A stretch of DNA of 64,000 bases from Pristiophorus japonicus (taxonomy: Eukaryota), in assembly GCF_044704955.1 (NCBI RefSeq), contig NC_091991.1, forward strand, positions 166,036,001 through 166,100,000, written 5' to 3'. This document shows positions 1 through 13,420 of this stretch, piece by piece. The first letter of the stretch is position 1. Each line of letters begins with the position of its first letter. Position numbers and translations under genes: made by a program. Below the pieces are notes generated by a model, which worked only from the letters and a program-made list of their open reading frames with translations, did not search any database and was not told the origin of the DNA.

Positions 1-169
1 GACAGCGGAAGGAGCATGCAGAAAACCAGTCCCACCCTCCCTTACCCTCAACGACTATCTGTCCCACCTGTGGCAGGGACTGTGGTTCTCGTATTGGACT
101 GTTCAGCCACCTAAGGACTCATTTTAAGAGTGGAAGCAAATCTTCCTTGATTCCGAGGGACTGCCTATG
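1..169 (+). mobile_element. RTE/BovB-like LINE 3' end (cut by window edge)
   Basis: Encodes the C-terminal TICPTCGRDCGSRIGLFSHLRTHF C2H2-like motif and ends GAGGGACTGCCTATG, as do the other RTE copies in the window. Confidence 0.85.
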
Positions 170-319
170 CATTAAAATCGACAATTAAATCAATTAACGT
201 TTTACCAGAACTTAAATCAACTTAAAATTTCATGGTAGTCTACAACAGTCTTTGAAATTACTCACGAATTGTACCTCTTGCAAAGGTGCAGTCTGTGTGG
301 AGATTGTAGCTTTGGAGAG

Positions 320-830
320 CCCTTCCTGGTGTGGCACTGTGGAGCCCCACAGACCAGGAGTCCCCATTTCACTAGGGGATCTCAGCATGAGGAGTGAAGA
401 CAATGTTTAGATTTAGTTGTGATTTGTGATCAGGTAGCAAATGATCAATAGCTCCCCTGATGACTATCTGATCAAAGGCACTGCTGAGCGTAGTGCTCAT
501 CCATACAGGCCAAAGGTCACTAATTCAATTTCTGGTCTGTGCTGATTGAGCTAATTCAGCTGATGTTGCCTCATCTAGCAATTGAAATGCTGCAATTGTG
601 CTCAGGATTACTAGACGAGGAAAGATGGGGAGGGGGATGGGAGGGGAGAAATCAGCGAGATTAATGCTTCTGTCACTATCCTGCTGAAAATAAAGCGCGG
701 ACAGCAGTTGAAAATAAGACCGGGTTCAACTGTGATGCCTTCCAGACCAAATAGTCTACCCGCACTCACTGTACATAAAGAATGGCCACTTGAGCAAGGT
801 GCCAGCAGGGATCACGTGTCCATGGTGCCA
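320..830 (+). mobile_element. Old degenerate SINE-like repeat (related fragments near 18200, 19680, 30730, 34195, 38840, 53580)
   Basis: Shared motifs such as GGTCTGTGCTGA-TTAGCT, CTGTGATGCC and GAATGGCCACTTG recur in several degenerate copies on both strands; family name not assigned. Confidence 0.5.
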
Positions 831-1092
831 GACCCGAGCCTGTGCCATCAGCAAAGGAGGGCAGAAAATTGTAGGAAAAAAACCCTAGTGGGGGGTTTCT
901 ACTGATATTCCCATCCATTAGACCACAGGCTGGTAAGTGCACAAGCAGCCAACCAAATATGGTGTGATTCAAAACTTCTGTCATTGTTACTGAAGGGCTG
1001 GTAAATAAAGCTGCCTTAGTCAGGACAGATGGGAATAACTAAATTCCAGCACGTCCTTCAAAATGACAACTTAATTCTATATTCTATATTCA

Positions 1093-1500
1093 AAAAGGAG
1101 TTAGATGAAGTCCTTACTACTAGGGGGATCAAGGGATATGGCGAGAAAGCAGGAATGGGGTACTGAAGTTACATGTTCAGCCATGAACTCATTGAATGGC
1201 GGTGCAGGCTCGAAGGGCCGAATGGCCTACTCCTGCACCTATTTTCTATGTTTCTATATTAAGTGGTTTGAAGATTTTTTTTCTGAGGAATGTTGGTGGA
1301 AGTTCCTCTTCCCAATGAGCTGCTCCAACAGACCTCCCAGTAGCATCACACATTACCTTTTGAATGATAAGGGAGCCAAGGGTTATGGGGGAACAGGTAG
1401 GGAAATGGAGTTGAGGCCAAGATCAGATCAGCCATGATATTGAATGGCGGAGCAGGCTCGAGGGGCCAAATGTCCTCCTCCTGCTCCTATTTCTTATGTT
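1093..1500 (+). mobile_element. Two CR1 LINE 3' end fragments
   Basis: AGGGAGTTAGAT...GAATGGCGG-GCAGGCTCGA-GGGCC-AATG-CCT-CTCCTG 3'UTR with TTCTATGT/CTTATGTT tails. Confidence 0.8.
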
Positions 1501-1564
1501 CATCACAATGATGTACTTGTCTAATTGTTATGCTGGAAGGTTCTTCAGAAACCTTCCTATCACA

Positions 1565-1697
1565 TTCTGATAAAGGGTCATCAACCCGAAACGTTAACTC
1601 TGCTTTCTCTCTCCACAGATGCTGCCTGACCTGCTGAGATTTCCAGCAGTTTCTCTTTTTATTCCAGATTCCAGCATCCACAGTATTTTGCTTTTGT
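1565..1697 (+). mobile_element. Penelope-like element (PLE)-derived repeat with degenerate minimal hammerhead ribozyme core
   Basis: CTGATAA-A-GGGT-catca-ACCC-GAAACGTT at 1567-1595, then CTCCACAGATGCTGCCTGACCTGCTGAG shared with copies near 52355 and 57750. Confidence 0.65.
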
Positions 1698-2671
1698 CCT
1701 ATCACATTATGTTGTGCTTTACATACCAATTATATTAAAGAAGGCATGACAGGTTCCTCAGAGATCAGCATCAGTGGAGGGTGGGAGCAGGCAGGTCATC
1801 CTTATCAGTAAGTGGTACATGAACACCAAAGAATGTAAAGAAATTTGAAGGAATCTTACTGTTAAATGATTTTTTCAAGTGTTTTATCTGTTACAGTTAA
1901 TGATGCAAGCTTTACTTCTGAAGGTAGCATTTCTTCAGACTGACCTTCCAACAATTCCTTATATAATTAATTTGTGTGCAATTATTCGTAGTTTCTCAAG
2001 GTGACAAATACCAGCAGGAACTCTCAGGAGCTTCAGTAAAGTCCTCGTGGCTTCTCCGGTTTCAGACATTTGGCACAGGCTTCATGAACCAGAGCTTCAG
2101 TCCATGTTCATTCTTTCTCTTACACTTACAGGATAGAATGGCATCAAGCACACACTGTAACACAGACGTGCAGAGGATTGTCCCTTGCCTAGCAATAAGA
2201 ATGCAGGAGGTCTTCTTCTTCAAGATCCCTTCTGCCTGGTCATGTTTCGAGCAGAATGAATAAGGCATTACTGCAGTTAGGAAATTGGCTCATATCCATG
2301 ATGATAATTACATGTGACCGGCTCATTGTAGTTGTAGAAAACAAGCCTTTCATAGTAAGCATATCCATTTAGTGCATGTGCATACATGAGTCCGTGAATA
2401 CAACCAATCGGATCAAATATACTGGATAAGCCATAATGTGCAAATAACCCCACATCAGTCAGTTACTGTTAATGAGATGTTGGAAAAAAAAGCTCACAAA
2501 ATGACCTCCTTGCATCCCCCACAAAGGCACAGTACATAAGTGAACTGTGTGGTCTGGCACGGAATAGAAGGTGCCTTGACCTGATTGCTAACCTGTGCTG
2601 TCTCTTGCAACTCATAATGCTTGAGATCTGATGTTCTAAATCCTCTCACAGAGTCACAAACTAGTTTCTTG

Positions 2672-3124
2672 GCTCTCTGGGCAGGCCACATAGTTCGCTT
2701 GCCAGAAACAAGACTCCCTAAGCAATTGTTCTATGTGGAGCTCCTTCACGGTAAATGAGCCAAAGGTGGGCAGCGGAAACGTTACAAGGACACCCTCAAA
2801 GCCCCCCTGGTGAAGTGCGACATCACCATTGACACCTGGGAGTCCCTGGCTGAAGACCGCCCTCGGTGGAGAAAGTGCATCCGGGAGGGCATTGAGCTCT
2901 TCGAATCTCAACGCCGTGAGCATGAAGAGGTCAGGCGCAGGTAGTGGAAGGAGTGTGCGGCAAACCAGTCCCACCCACCCCCCACCACTTCCCCCGACGA
3001 ATGTCTGTCCCACCTGTGACAGGGTCTGTGGCTCCCGTATTGGACTGTTCAGCCACCAAAGAACTCACTTTAGGAGTGGAAGCAAATCTTCCTCGATTCC
3101 GAGGGGCTGCCTATGATGGATGAT
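2672..3124 (+). mobile_element. RTE LINE 3' fragment
   Basis: WAGHIVRL...RLPKQL...CPTCDRVCGSRIGLFSHQRTHF and ATG-repeat tail. Confidence 0.85.
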
Positions 3125-3539
3125 CTTGGTGAATTCAAATCTCCCAATCAATAACCCTGTACAACCCCTGTATATCCAGAGAGATATGTTTCATCCATAG
3201 CACAATTGTCATAGTACCCATGTTGGGATTTGATTTTCAACAGAAACTACAGGGTGGATCAAGCTCTGTCTCACCTTGTGAAAGGCACAGAAAGTCAGCA
3301 TTTTACAGCTGCATGTACAAACATAACATATGCTGCCATACAGCTGATCTACAGGAAATGATGCATCCCCAACAATAGTGTATTATGCACCAGGTGGTGA
3401 CTTATGTCACACAATCCATATACCATCACGCAATAGTATAAAATTTCACCTCTCTGTTACTTTGGCAGTGACCCTTTTCACGTATTGTAGACTCTCAACA
3501 TGATTTAAAGGGGAATTGCATTTAAGAAATTGATTCCAC

Positions 3540-4142
3540 TCACAACCCTCTGTGACCATTGTGTATTATCCCTTCTCATCCTCCTCTGCCTCTCTGCAAG
3601 CATTGACATGGTCAATCACACTATCCTCCTCAAATGCCTCTCCTCCGTTGCCCAGTTTGGTGGGACTGTGCTCGCTTGGTTGCACTCTCTTACCCTATCC
3701 AATCATAGCCAGAATATCTCCAGCAATGGCTTCTCTTACCATTACCTCCAGATTTTTTCCAAGGATCTAGCCTCAGCTTCCTTTTCCCCATCTATGCGCT
3801 GGCCCTTGGCGATATTTTCTCCAGAACAAGGTTAGGTTGCACATGTACGCTAATGACACCCAGCTCTACCTCTCTATCACCTTTCTTAACCCTTCCACTG
3901 CCTCTGTGTTATCAGACTGATCTGACAATTAGTTTTGGATGTCCCACAATTTTCTCCAGCTAAGCATGGGAAGACTGAAACCATTGTTAAGACCCTCCTT
4001 AAATCCCATCTCTTTGACCAAGCTTTTGGCCACCATGCAAAGATTTCCTGCCTTGGCTTGGTGTCTGTGTTTTTGATTATGCCTCTGTAAAGACTTGGGA
4101 TTTTTTTCTATATTGAAGGTGCTATTTCCGTGTATATTGTTG
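3540..4142 (+). mobile_element. L2 LINE fragment (decayed RT region and 3' end)
   Basis: LLCLSASIDMVNHTILL, relic YADDTQLY (TACGCTAATGACACCCAGCTCTAC), CTCTTTGACCAAGCTTTTGG 3' motif. Confidence 0.75.
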
Positions 4143-4494
4143 CTTTTTTTACTTGGGCTGTCTGGATCACCTCAGCAATTATTCATGTTAAGAATAATGT
4201 GCCAGTAGTGTCACAGTTGTGAATTAGTGATATGGAGGTATCTTGTTGCCTCTGCCTGGGATCATTAGACTCCTCACAGCCCATGGGCTAAACCTAAGTT
4301 TTTCTGGACTTGTATGACTTAGTCACTGAGCCATGAGGAACCTGATGAAATAAGTAATTTTTCACAATTACTGCCTCCATGCTACCTCTGGCAGGAGAAG
4401 GAATTTTGTAGGCTGCAGATCTCTGCTCAAATGCTGTTATTTCTATTCCACGCAGTAGTGAGCTTTTGTGGAGTAGTGCCATTTGAGATGAATA

Positions 4495-4838
4495 CTATCT
4501 ACTGGATGCACTGCAGCAGCTCACCAAAGCACCAAACCTGTGACTTCCACCACCGAGTAGGACATGAGCAGCAGGTGCATGGAAACACCATATCCTCCAA
4601 GTTCCCCTCTCGGCCACACACCATCCTGACTTGGACATATATCACCATTCCTTTATTGTTGCCAGGACAAAATCCTGCAGCTCCCTACCGAACAGCATTG
4701 TGGAAGCACCTTCACCACACGGACTGCAGCGGTTCAAGAAGAAGGCCCACCATCACCTAGCAAGGGCAACTAGGGATGGGCAATAAATGTCGGCCTTGCC
4801 AGTGGATGCTCACATCCTAAGAATGAAGGTTTAAAAAA
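4495..4838 (+). mobile_element. LINE 3' end (CR1/L2/Jockey group) with AATAAA and A-rich tail
   Basis: GGACTGCAGCGGTTCAAGAAG...GGGATGGGCAATAAATG, recalled as a common shark LINE 3' end; clade uncertain. Confidence 0.6.
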
Positions 4839-5927
4839 TGAAGTGCGATCTGCCAATCAATGCACAGAGAACTGGCAAACTTCACTAACATAAAAATTGA
4901 CTGAGGCTGGGCTTCAAAGGTTAGCCTCAGTTTGAGATTTCCAATGCTCTGCAACCAGAGCTACCAGTCAGTGCCAAGAACAGTCAGCTTATCTCCTTTC
5001 ATTATATTCCAGCCCAGATAGATGGGTTAATGGGCTCTTTAATTCAAAGGTGTTATGTGAGATGACTTTGGACCATATCAACCTAATGCCCACTGAATGT
5101 TAACTTCTACCACAAAACTTTCCCACATTTGGTATTAATTGGCACAAGAAAGGAACGAAAAAGTCTGTCAGTTATGAGATTCCATCATATACGTGGATTG
5201 TGATTTTGAGATCTCCATATTCAGCACAAAAGAAACATTTGGTTTCACTTACTGTTAAAAGATTTAAGACTTCCTGTGGAAGGCATTCAGATCACAGCCA
5301 TGTTCACGCTGCAGATTGTTCAGGTTTTTGCATTACTTCCAGTGTTTTCATAACATTTTCCCACAAGGAGAATTTAACTTGTCTGTTGACGTAAATCCTT
5401 TTTATAATTGTTCACATCAAATATCGCACCAGAGGAGGGATCCAGAAATGTTATGTGATTATTTTTCAATTGGAATTAGGTACAGGGCAAACTTTGCATT
5501 TCACTTTATGTTCCTTTCGTATGATTTTCTCCTCTTACCTCTCTTTCCCATAAGATATTGACTTGTGCTAGGGAAAGGTGGCATGGATATGATTCCAACG
5601 GGCAATGGCAGCCTTCCCGTACTCGCCCAAACCATCACTTCAAACTCTACAGATGGTGCCACAATAGAAGGAGTGGTTAATATGGTGAAAGATTGAGATA
5701 AGTTCTGGAGGGACTTAGACTGGTTGATGAGGTGGGCAGGCAATTAGCAGAGACAGTTTAATCTAGATAAAGTTTATTGAATTAATGGGAAATGCAAATG
5801 CAATAGGAAAAGGATCTGGGAGCTATAGTAGGTCACTTCCTCAGGACACCAGTCTGCCTGCTGTTATGAAATGCGATGTTAAGTTGCATAAAAGAGTAGA
5901 TCGAAGGAAATTACTGTATTTTATAGT

Positions 5928-6238
5928 GTCAACTGTGACTCAGTGGTAGCACTCTCGCCTCTGAGTCAGAAAGTTGTGGGTTCACAAAATCAAGGCTGAC
6001 AGTCGAGCACTGTCGGAGGTGCCTTCTTTTGGATGAGACGTATTTTTATCCCTCAACCAATATCATTTAAAATCAGATGATCTGTTCATTATCACATTGC
6101 TGTTTGTGGGAGCTTGCTGTGTGTAAATTGGCTGCCGCGTTTCCTACCTTACAACAATGACTACATTTCAAAATTACTTCATTGGTTGTCAAGTGCTTTG
6201 GGACATTCTGAGGTCGTACAAAACGTCTTTCTTTCTTT
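5928..6238 (+). mobile_element. SacSINE1/DeuSINE-type SINE, internally deleted
   Basis: tRNA-like head GTGACTCAGTGGTAGCACTCTCGCCTCTGAGTCAGAA and body ATCACATTGCTGTTTGTGGGAGCTTGCTG. Confidence 0.75.
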
Positions 6239-7351
6239 CGATAGTGTGTTGGTCCAGCCACATCTGCAGTACAGTATTTTGTGCAGTTCTGGAACCCTTA
6301 CTTCAGTAAAGATGTAGCTGAGTGTAAAAGACACAGGGAGGAGCTGCAAAAATGTTTAGGGGAACAGAGGACAAAGCATATGAGATAGATCCACGTAACT
6401 GGGACTCGCCTTGTTAGGGAGACGATGAACGAGGAGGGATATGATTGAATCATCAGTCAGGGCTATTGGATTTGGTGCAGGAGCATGAAACAGGAAAGGT
6501 GAAACCCACGCTAGTATCGATGTGGAATGAGTCAGAGCTGGAGACAGGTGCTGAGAAAAGAGAAGTGGCCGTGAGAGTGAGTCTTGGCAACTAACAGGGT
6601 GGTAACGGCCTCAATGTTAATAATCATCCTGTTGTCAATTTCAGAGGGGCCTACTGCTGGGTGGCCAAAGTACCTGGCGGTAGGTTCATTTTAATAACCA
6701 TATTAGATGCTATGACCTACATAGAACCCTGATTGTCATTATAGAATAGAACTGGTCGGAGCGTGCATTATGCACTCTTTGATCAGTTTCATTAGCAATA
6801 GAACCGAAGTGGTCCTGGATAAATAAGTTTTAAATTATTTCTGTGGGGGGCAGGAGGAGCCTCCCTCTCCCATTCCTTGATTGCAGCACCCAGGGCCCCT
6901 ACCTCCTCACCCGCCTGGACTTACCTTGGAGCCGGTCCACTGCCACAGAAGAAGCCAGCCCCATACTGCTGTTTCAGGTGTCCAATATCAAAGGCAACCA
7001 TCTTCCTTCCCCTCCTTCACCCCCACCTCCCCCGACCCAATCAAGATGGGTTCCAACGCTGGGAATCCCATCAGGCACCTGCCAAAACTATTTATATTAG
7101 GCTGACCTTGGGATGGCTGCTTTTAGAAAAATTGTAAGAGGAGGACAATTCTCACCCAACACTTTGATCCAGTCAGGCTGTAGACTCAGTACTGTATTGA
7201 AGTTCCCTACAACACTTTTGTAGAGAACTTCATGGCTAAGTTCAATGTATAATTTGATCCAGTCAATGAAAGGCAAGCTACAGAGCAGCAGAAGGATGCA
7301 GAAGATCAATATATAGTGCTTCAATGCATCACATCACTAACACTCACAGGT

Positions 7352-10300
7352 TCAGATAATGCATAGCACCAACACTACCAAATTCAGATAACGCATAGCA
7401 CCAACACTGCCGTGCTCAGATAATGCATAGCACCAACACTGCCGTGCTCAGATACACACAGCGCCAACACTGCTGTGCTCAGATAACGCACAGCGCCAAC
7501 ACTGCCGTGCTCAGATAACACACAGTGCCAACACTGCCGTGCTCAGATAACACACAGCGCCAACACTGCCGTGCTCAGATAATGCACAGCACCAACACTG
7601 CCGTGCTCAGATAACACACAGCGCCAACACTGCCGTGCTCAGATAACACACAGCACCAACACTGCCGTGCTCAGATACACACAGCACCAACACTGCCGTG
7701 CTCAGATACACACAACGCCAACACTGCCGTGCTCAGATAACACACAGCGCCAACACTGCCGTGCTCAGATACATACAGCACCAACATTGCCGTGCTCAGA
7801 TACACACAGCGCCAACACTGCTGTGCTCAGATAACGCACAGCGCCAACACTGCCGTGCTCAGATACATACAGCACCAACACTGCCGTGCTCAGATACACA
7901 CAGCGCCAACACTGCCGTGCTCAGATACACACAGTGCCAACACTGCCGTGCTCAGATAACGCACAGCGCCAACACTGCCGTGCTCAGATAACGCACAGCG
8001 CCAACACTGCTGTGCTCAGATAATGCACAGCGCCAACACTGCCGTGCTCAGATAATGCACAGCACCAACACTGCCGTGCTCAGATACACACAGCGCCAAC
8101 ACTACCGTGCTCAGATAACACACAGTGCCAACACTGCCGTGCTCAGATAACACACAGTGCCAACACTGCTGTGCTCAGATAACACACAGTGCCAATACTG
8201 CCGTGCTCAGATACACACAGTGCCAACACTGCCGTGCTCAGATAACACACAGTGCCAACACTGCCGTGCTCAGATAACACACAGCGCCAACACTGCCGTG
8301 CTCAGATAACACACAGCGCCAACACTGCCGTGCTCAGATACACACAGTGCCAACACTGCCGTGCTCAGATACACACAGTGCCAACACTACCGTGCTCAGA
8401 TAACACACAACGCCAACACTGCAGTGCTCAGATACACACAGTGCCAACACTGCCATGCTCAGATAATACACAGCGCCAACACTGCCGTGCTCAGATACAC
8501 ACAGTGCCAACACTGCCGTGCTCAGATAATGCACAGCGCCAACACTGCCGTGCTCAGATAACGCACAGCGCCAACACTGCCGTGCTCAGATACATACAGT
8601 GCCAACACTGCCGTGCTCAGATAACACACAGTGCCAACACTGCCGTGCTCAGATACACACAGCGCCAACACTGCCGTGCTCAGATAACACACAGTGCCAA
8701 CACTGCCATGCTCAGATACACACAGTGCCAACACTGCCGTGCTCAGATAACGCACAGCGCCAACACTGCCGTGCTCAGATAACAAACAGCGCCAACACTG
8801 CCATGCTCAGATAACACACAGTGCCAACATTGCTGTGCTCAGATAACACACAGTGCCAACACTGCCGTGCTCAGATAACACACAGTGCCAACACTGCCAT
8901 GCTCAGATAACACACAGTGCCAACACTGTCGTGCTCAGATAACACACAGTGCCAACACTGCCATGCTCAGATAACACACAGCGCCAACACTGCCGTGCTC
9001 AGATAACACACAGCGCCAACACTGCCGTGCTCAGATACACACAGTGCCAACACTGCCGTGCTCAGATAACGCACAACGCCAACACTGCCGGAGCTCAGAT
9101 ACACACAGTGCCAACACTGCCGTGCTCTGATAACACACAGCGCCAACACTACCGTGCTCAGATAACACACAGTGCCAACACTGCCGTGCTCAGATAACAC
9201 ACAGTGCCAACATTGCTGTGCTCAGATAACACACAGTGCCAACACTGCCGTGCTCAGATACACACAGTGCCAACACTGCCGTGCTCAGATAACACACAGT
9301 GCCAACACTGCCGTGCTCAGATAACACAGCGCCAACACTGCCGTGCTCAGATAACACACAGCGCCAACACTGCCGTGCTCAGATACATACAGTGCCAACA
9401 CTGCCGTGCTCAGATACACACAGCGCCAACACTGCCGTGCTCAGATAACACACAGTGCCAACACTGCCGTGCTCAGATACACACAGTGCCAACACTGCCG
9501 TGCTCAGATACATACAGTGCCAACACTGCCGTGCTCAGATAACACAGCGCCAACACTGCCGTGCTCAGATAACACACAGTGCCAACACTGCCGTGCTCAG
9601 ATACACACAGTGCCAACACTGCCGTGCTGAGATACACACAGTGCCAACACTGCCGTGCTCAGATAATGCACAGCGCCAACACTGCCATGCTCAGATACAC
9701 ACAGTGCCAACACTGCCCTGCTCAGATAACGCACAGCGCCAACACTGCCGTGCTCAGATACACACAGTGCCAACACTGCCGTGCTCAGATAATGCACAGC
9801 GCCAACACTGCCGTGCTCAGATACATACAGCGCCAACACTGCCGTGCTCAGATACACACAGCGCCAACACTACCGTGCTCAGATAACACACAGCACCAAC
9901 ACTGCCGTGCTCAGATACACACAGTGCCAACACTGCCGTGCTCAGATAACACACAGTGCCAACACTGCCGTGCTCAGATAACACACAGCGCCAACACTAC
10001 CATGCTCAGATAACACACAGTGCCAACACTGCCGTGCTCAGATAACACACAGTGCCAACACTGCCGTGCTCAGATACACACAGCGCCAACACTGCCGTGC
10101 TCAGATACACACAGCGCCAACACTGCCGTGCTCAGATAACACACAGCGCCAACACTGCCGTGCTCAGATAACACACAGCGCCAACACTGCCGTGCTCAGA
10201 TACACACAGTGGCAACACTGCCGTGCTCAGATAACACACAGCGCCAACACTACCATGCTCAGATAACACACAGTGCCAACACTGCCGTGCTCAGATAACA

Positions 10301-11305
10301 CACAGTGCCAACACTGCCGTGCTCAGATACACACAGCGCCAACACTACCGTGCTCAGATACACACAGCGCCAACACTACCGTGCTCAGATAACACACAGC
10401 GCCAACACTACCATGCTCAGATAACACACAGTGCCAACACTGCCGTGCTCAGATAACACACAGTGCCAACACTGCCGTGCTCAGATACACACAGCGCCAA
10501 CACTGCCGTGCTCAGATACACACAGCGCCAACACTGCCGTGCTCAGATAACACACAGTGCCAACACTGCCGTGCTCAGATAACACACAGCGCCAACACTG
10601 CCGTGCTCAGATAACACACAGCGCCAACACTGCCGTGCTCAGATACACACAGTGGCAACACTGCCGTGCTCAGATACACACAGTGGCAACACTGCCGTGC
10701 TCAGATAACACACAGCGCCAACACTGCCGTGCTCAGATACACACAGTGGCAACACTGCCGTGCTCAGACACACACAGTGCCAACACTGCCGTGCTCAGAT
10801 ACACACAGTGGCAACACTGCCGTGCTCAGATAACACACAAAGCCAACACTGCAGTGCTCAGATATACACAGTGCCAACACTGCCGTGCTCAGATAATGCA
10901 CAGCGCCAACACTGCCGTGCTCAGATAACGCACAGCGCCAACACTGCCGTGCTCAGATAACGCACAGCGCCAACACTGCCGTGCTCAGATACACACAGCG
11001 CCAACACTGCCGTGCTCAGATACACACAGTGCCAACACTGCCGTGCTCAGATACACACAGTGCCAACACTGCCGTGCTCAGATACACACAGTGCCAACAC
11101 TGCCGTGCTCAGATACACACAGTGCCAACACTGCCGTGCTCAGATAACGCACAGCGCCAACACTACCATGCTCAAATAAAGCACAGCGCCAACACTGCTG
11201 TGCTCAGATAATGCACAGCGCCAACACTGCCGTGCTCAGATAACGCACAGCGCCAACACTGCCGTGCTCAGATACACACAGTGCCAACACCGCCGTGCTC
11301 AGACA
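7352..11305. repeat. ~3.95 kb minisatellite, 31/32-bp unit GCTCAGATA(A)CACACAG(T/C)GCCAACACTGCCGT, roughly 125 copies
   Basis: Directly visible head-to-tail tandem array without unique spacers. Confidence 0.98.
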
Positions 11306-11857
11306 CCCGTGCATATGCATAATCGGCTGCCCAGAAACGGAAGTGTCACTCCCCCTGTCACTCACTATTCACTCTGTTAATGTAACTGAAATCCTGTCTG
11401 ACAACACTTCAGGGGCAAAGTGGGGGAAAATGGTTCCTTCCACATCTGTGCCACAATTAAATTAAAACATTTCCAGGACCAGCCAGAGACTGGTACATTC
11501 ATAAACATTATTCCAATAACCTACTCACTTGTTCTACAGCAACTGAATTGGGATTACCAAAACAAATACTTGCTTAGGCTGGCCTTGTCTTGGATCTTAT
11601 GAATAATTATGAGGAGAATACAAGTATTTGTCCATGGAATGCAAATCGCCATATCGGAGAGGATCTTTTATACTCCAATAAATTATACAAACTAATAAAT
11701 TAAGAAGGGCATTTGCCATTTTTAGGAAACGTTGCTGGTCCCTCTCCAAATAGTTAAAGAAACTGCTGACAGGAAGCTTTGCTATTTTACAGTGTCTCTG
11801 CTTATCTGGATACTTCCTGTGGATTAAACTGACGGCCAATCAGGTAATCACTGTGAA

Positions 11858-12032
11858 AGAAAGACTTGCATTTATACAGTGCCTTTCACTACATTAGGAC
11901 ACCCCAAAGAGCCAATGAAGTACTTTTTGAAGTGTGGCCACTGTAATAATATAGGAAACGCAGCAGCCAGTTTGTGCACAGCAAGCTCCCACAAACAGGA
12001 ATGAGATAAATGGCCAGATCATCTGTTTTAGT
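11858..12032 (-). mobile_element. SacSINE1/DeuSINE-type SINE 3' fragment
   Basis: GAAAGAAAGACTTGCATTTATA...GCAAGCTCCCACAAACAG. Confidence 0.75.
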
Positions 12033-12176
12033 CACACAAAAAATAGAACCTTTAATAACATGGAACTGAGCAGGTGTATACTCTCTCTCTTCCACCTTAC
12101 CCCAATCCCCACAGACAAACCAGAGAAATAAATGTAGTTTTCTATTTAAGATTCTCTGCTGTTTAACAGAAATACT

Positions 12177-12740
12177 CATCATCATAGGCAGTCCCTCGAA
12201 ACATAAGAACATAATAAACGAGGCTAACTTGCTTCCATGCCAAAAAAGGATGAGTTCACAGGTGGTTCAATGGAGGACCTAATATTCCAGGTCCTAAACT
12301 ACATCCTGAAGGGTGGAAGATGTCTGTGCGTGGATTTTTTTAACGTGTGGCGGCTGTTTCATACCAGCCACCACACGGGCTTGACAGAGCTCGGTATTGG
12401 TCCAGTGGCAAGGATTAACCAAGACGACTGGAGACCAGCTCTGCTGCACGGACCTAGTGCGCACACATATCGCAGTGTGGGCCGGCCCGTGCTGCCCCTG
12501 GGCTTCTGGCCCCAAACTCGCGCCTCTCCTGGGTCCCGGTCACGTCCCTCTACAGTCTCTCGCCGCTCCTTCACCCTGATCTTGCCGCTCCTGCTGTATC
12601 TGCCCCAGCTCCAATCACCGACCTGGACCTTGATGACATCACTCTTCACTGCCGTCGCCCTCCTGCACCAACTCGCACTGTTCCCTGAAGTAGTATGCCT
12701 CCACGCTGCTCCCGAGGTCTCCATACCGCTCCTTTTATGG
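12177..12740 (-). mobile_element. Non-autonomous bipartite RTE-derived element, copy 1
   Basis: RTE 3' tail (CATCATCATAGGCAGTCCCTCG) joined through a short linker to sequence matching the 5'UTR of the full-length RTE at 62780-62910; collinear with 19925-20465. Confidence 0.75.
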
Positions 12741-13420
12741 TTATACTATGGTTATCATGTATCCTGAAGTAAGCTGACTACTAAAGGCAAATCCAGTAGG
12801 CAAATTTATATCCAGTAGGATATTTATATCCTAGTGCTACCGCAGTTGTGGTATATACAGTAATTAGTACTCTTTCTTCGATGCTTCAGGTATTAGACTG
12901 TCACTTTTTGCTAGAAGGTCATTCCTTATGATGCAACTTCTATTTAGAAATCGTGCGGTTGTGGGAAAAGCTCAAATGACTGCTTAACAAAGGTGACCTG
13001 AAGAATGAATAACACGGGAATGAACACAACACCAGTTATTAGTGACATTGCAGAATGCCTTAGAAGACCTCGGCTCTGATTTTAAAAGGAGGAGGGGTGC
13101 GTGTGTAGTCTGCGCGAGCCCTGAAGCTAGCGGCGAAGCCGGTGGAGACAGCGGACATGTAGGCCTGGCCCAATTGTAACGGCCGGGCCTCATTTCTATA
13201 AATGTTCTCGGTGACCCACCCAAACCCAGTCAGATTGACTACCTGGTCACGGACCCCACAAGAAAACCAATAAAATAGATTTGAAAATAGTGTAATGTGG
13301 GAAAATGTGAGGTTATCCACTTTGGTAGGAAGAATAGAAAAGCAAAATATTTAAATGGAGAGTGAGTACAGAATGCTGCGGCACAGAGGGATCTGGGTGT
13401 CCTCGTATATGACACACAAA

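Noticed and set aside
7352-11305. CRISPR array or repeat-protein ORFs
   Set aside because: Units are contiguous with no unique spacers, no cas genes, vertebrate context; the ORFs are translations of the tandem repeat
11597-11839. Host exon KYPDKQRHCKIAKLPV...
   Set aside because: No convincing phase-compatible donor and no recognisable homolog
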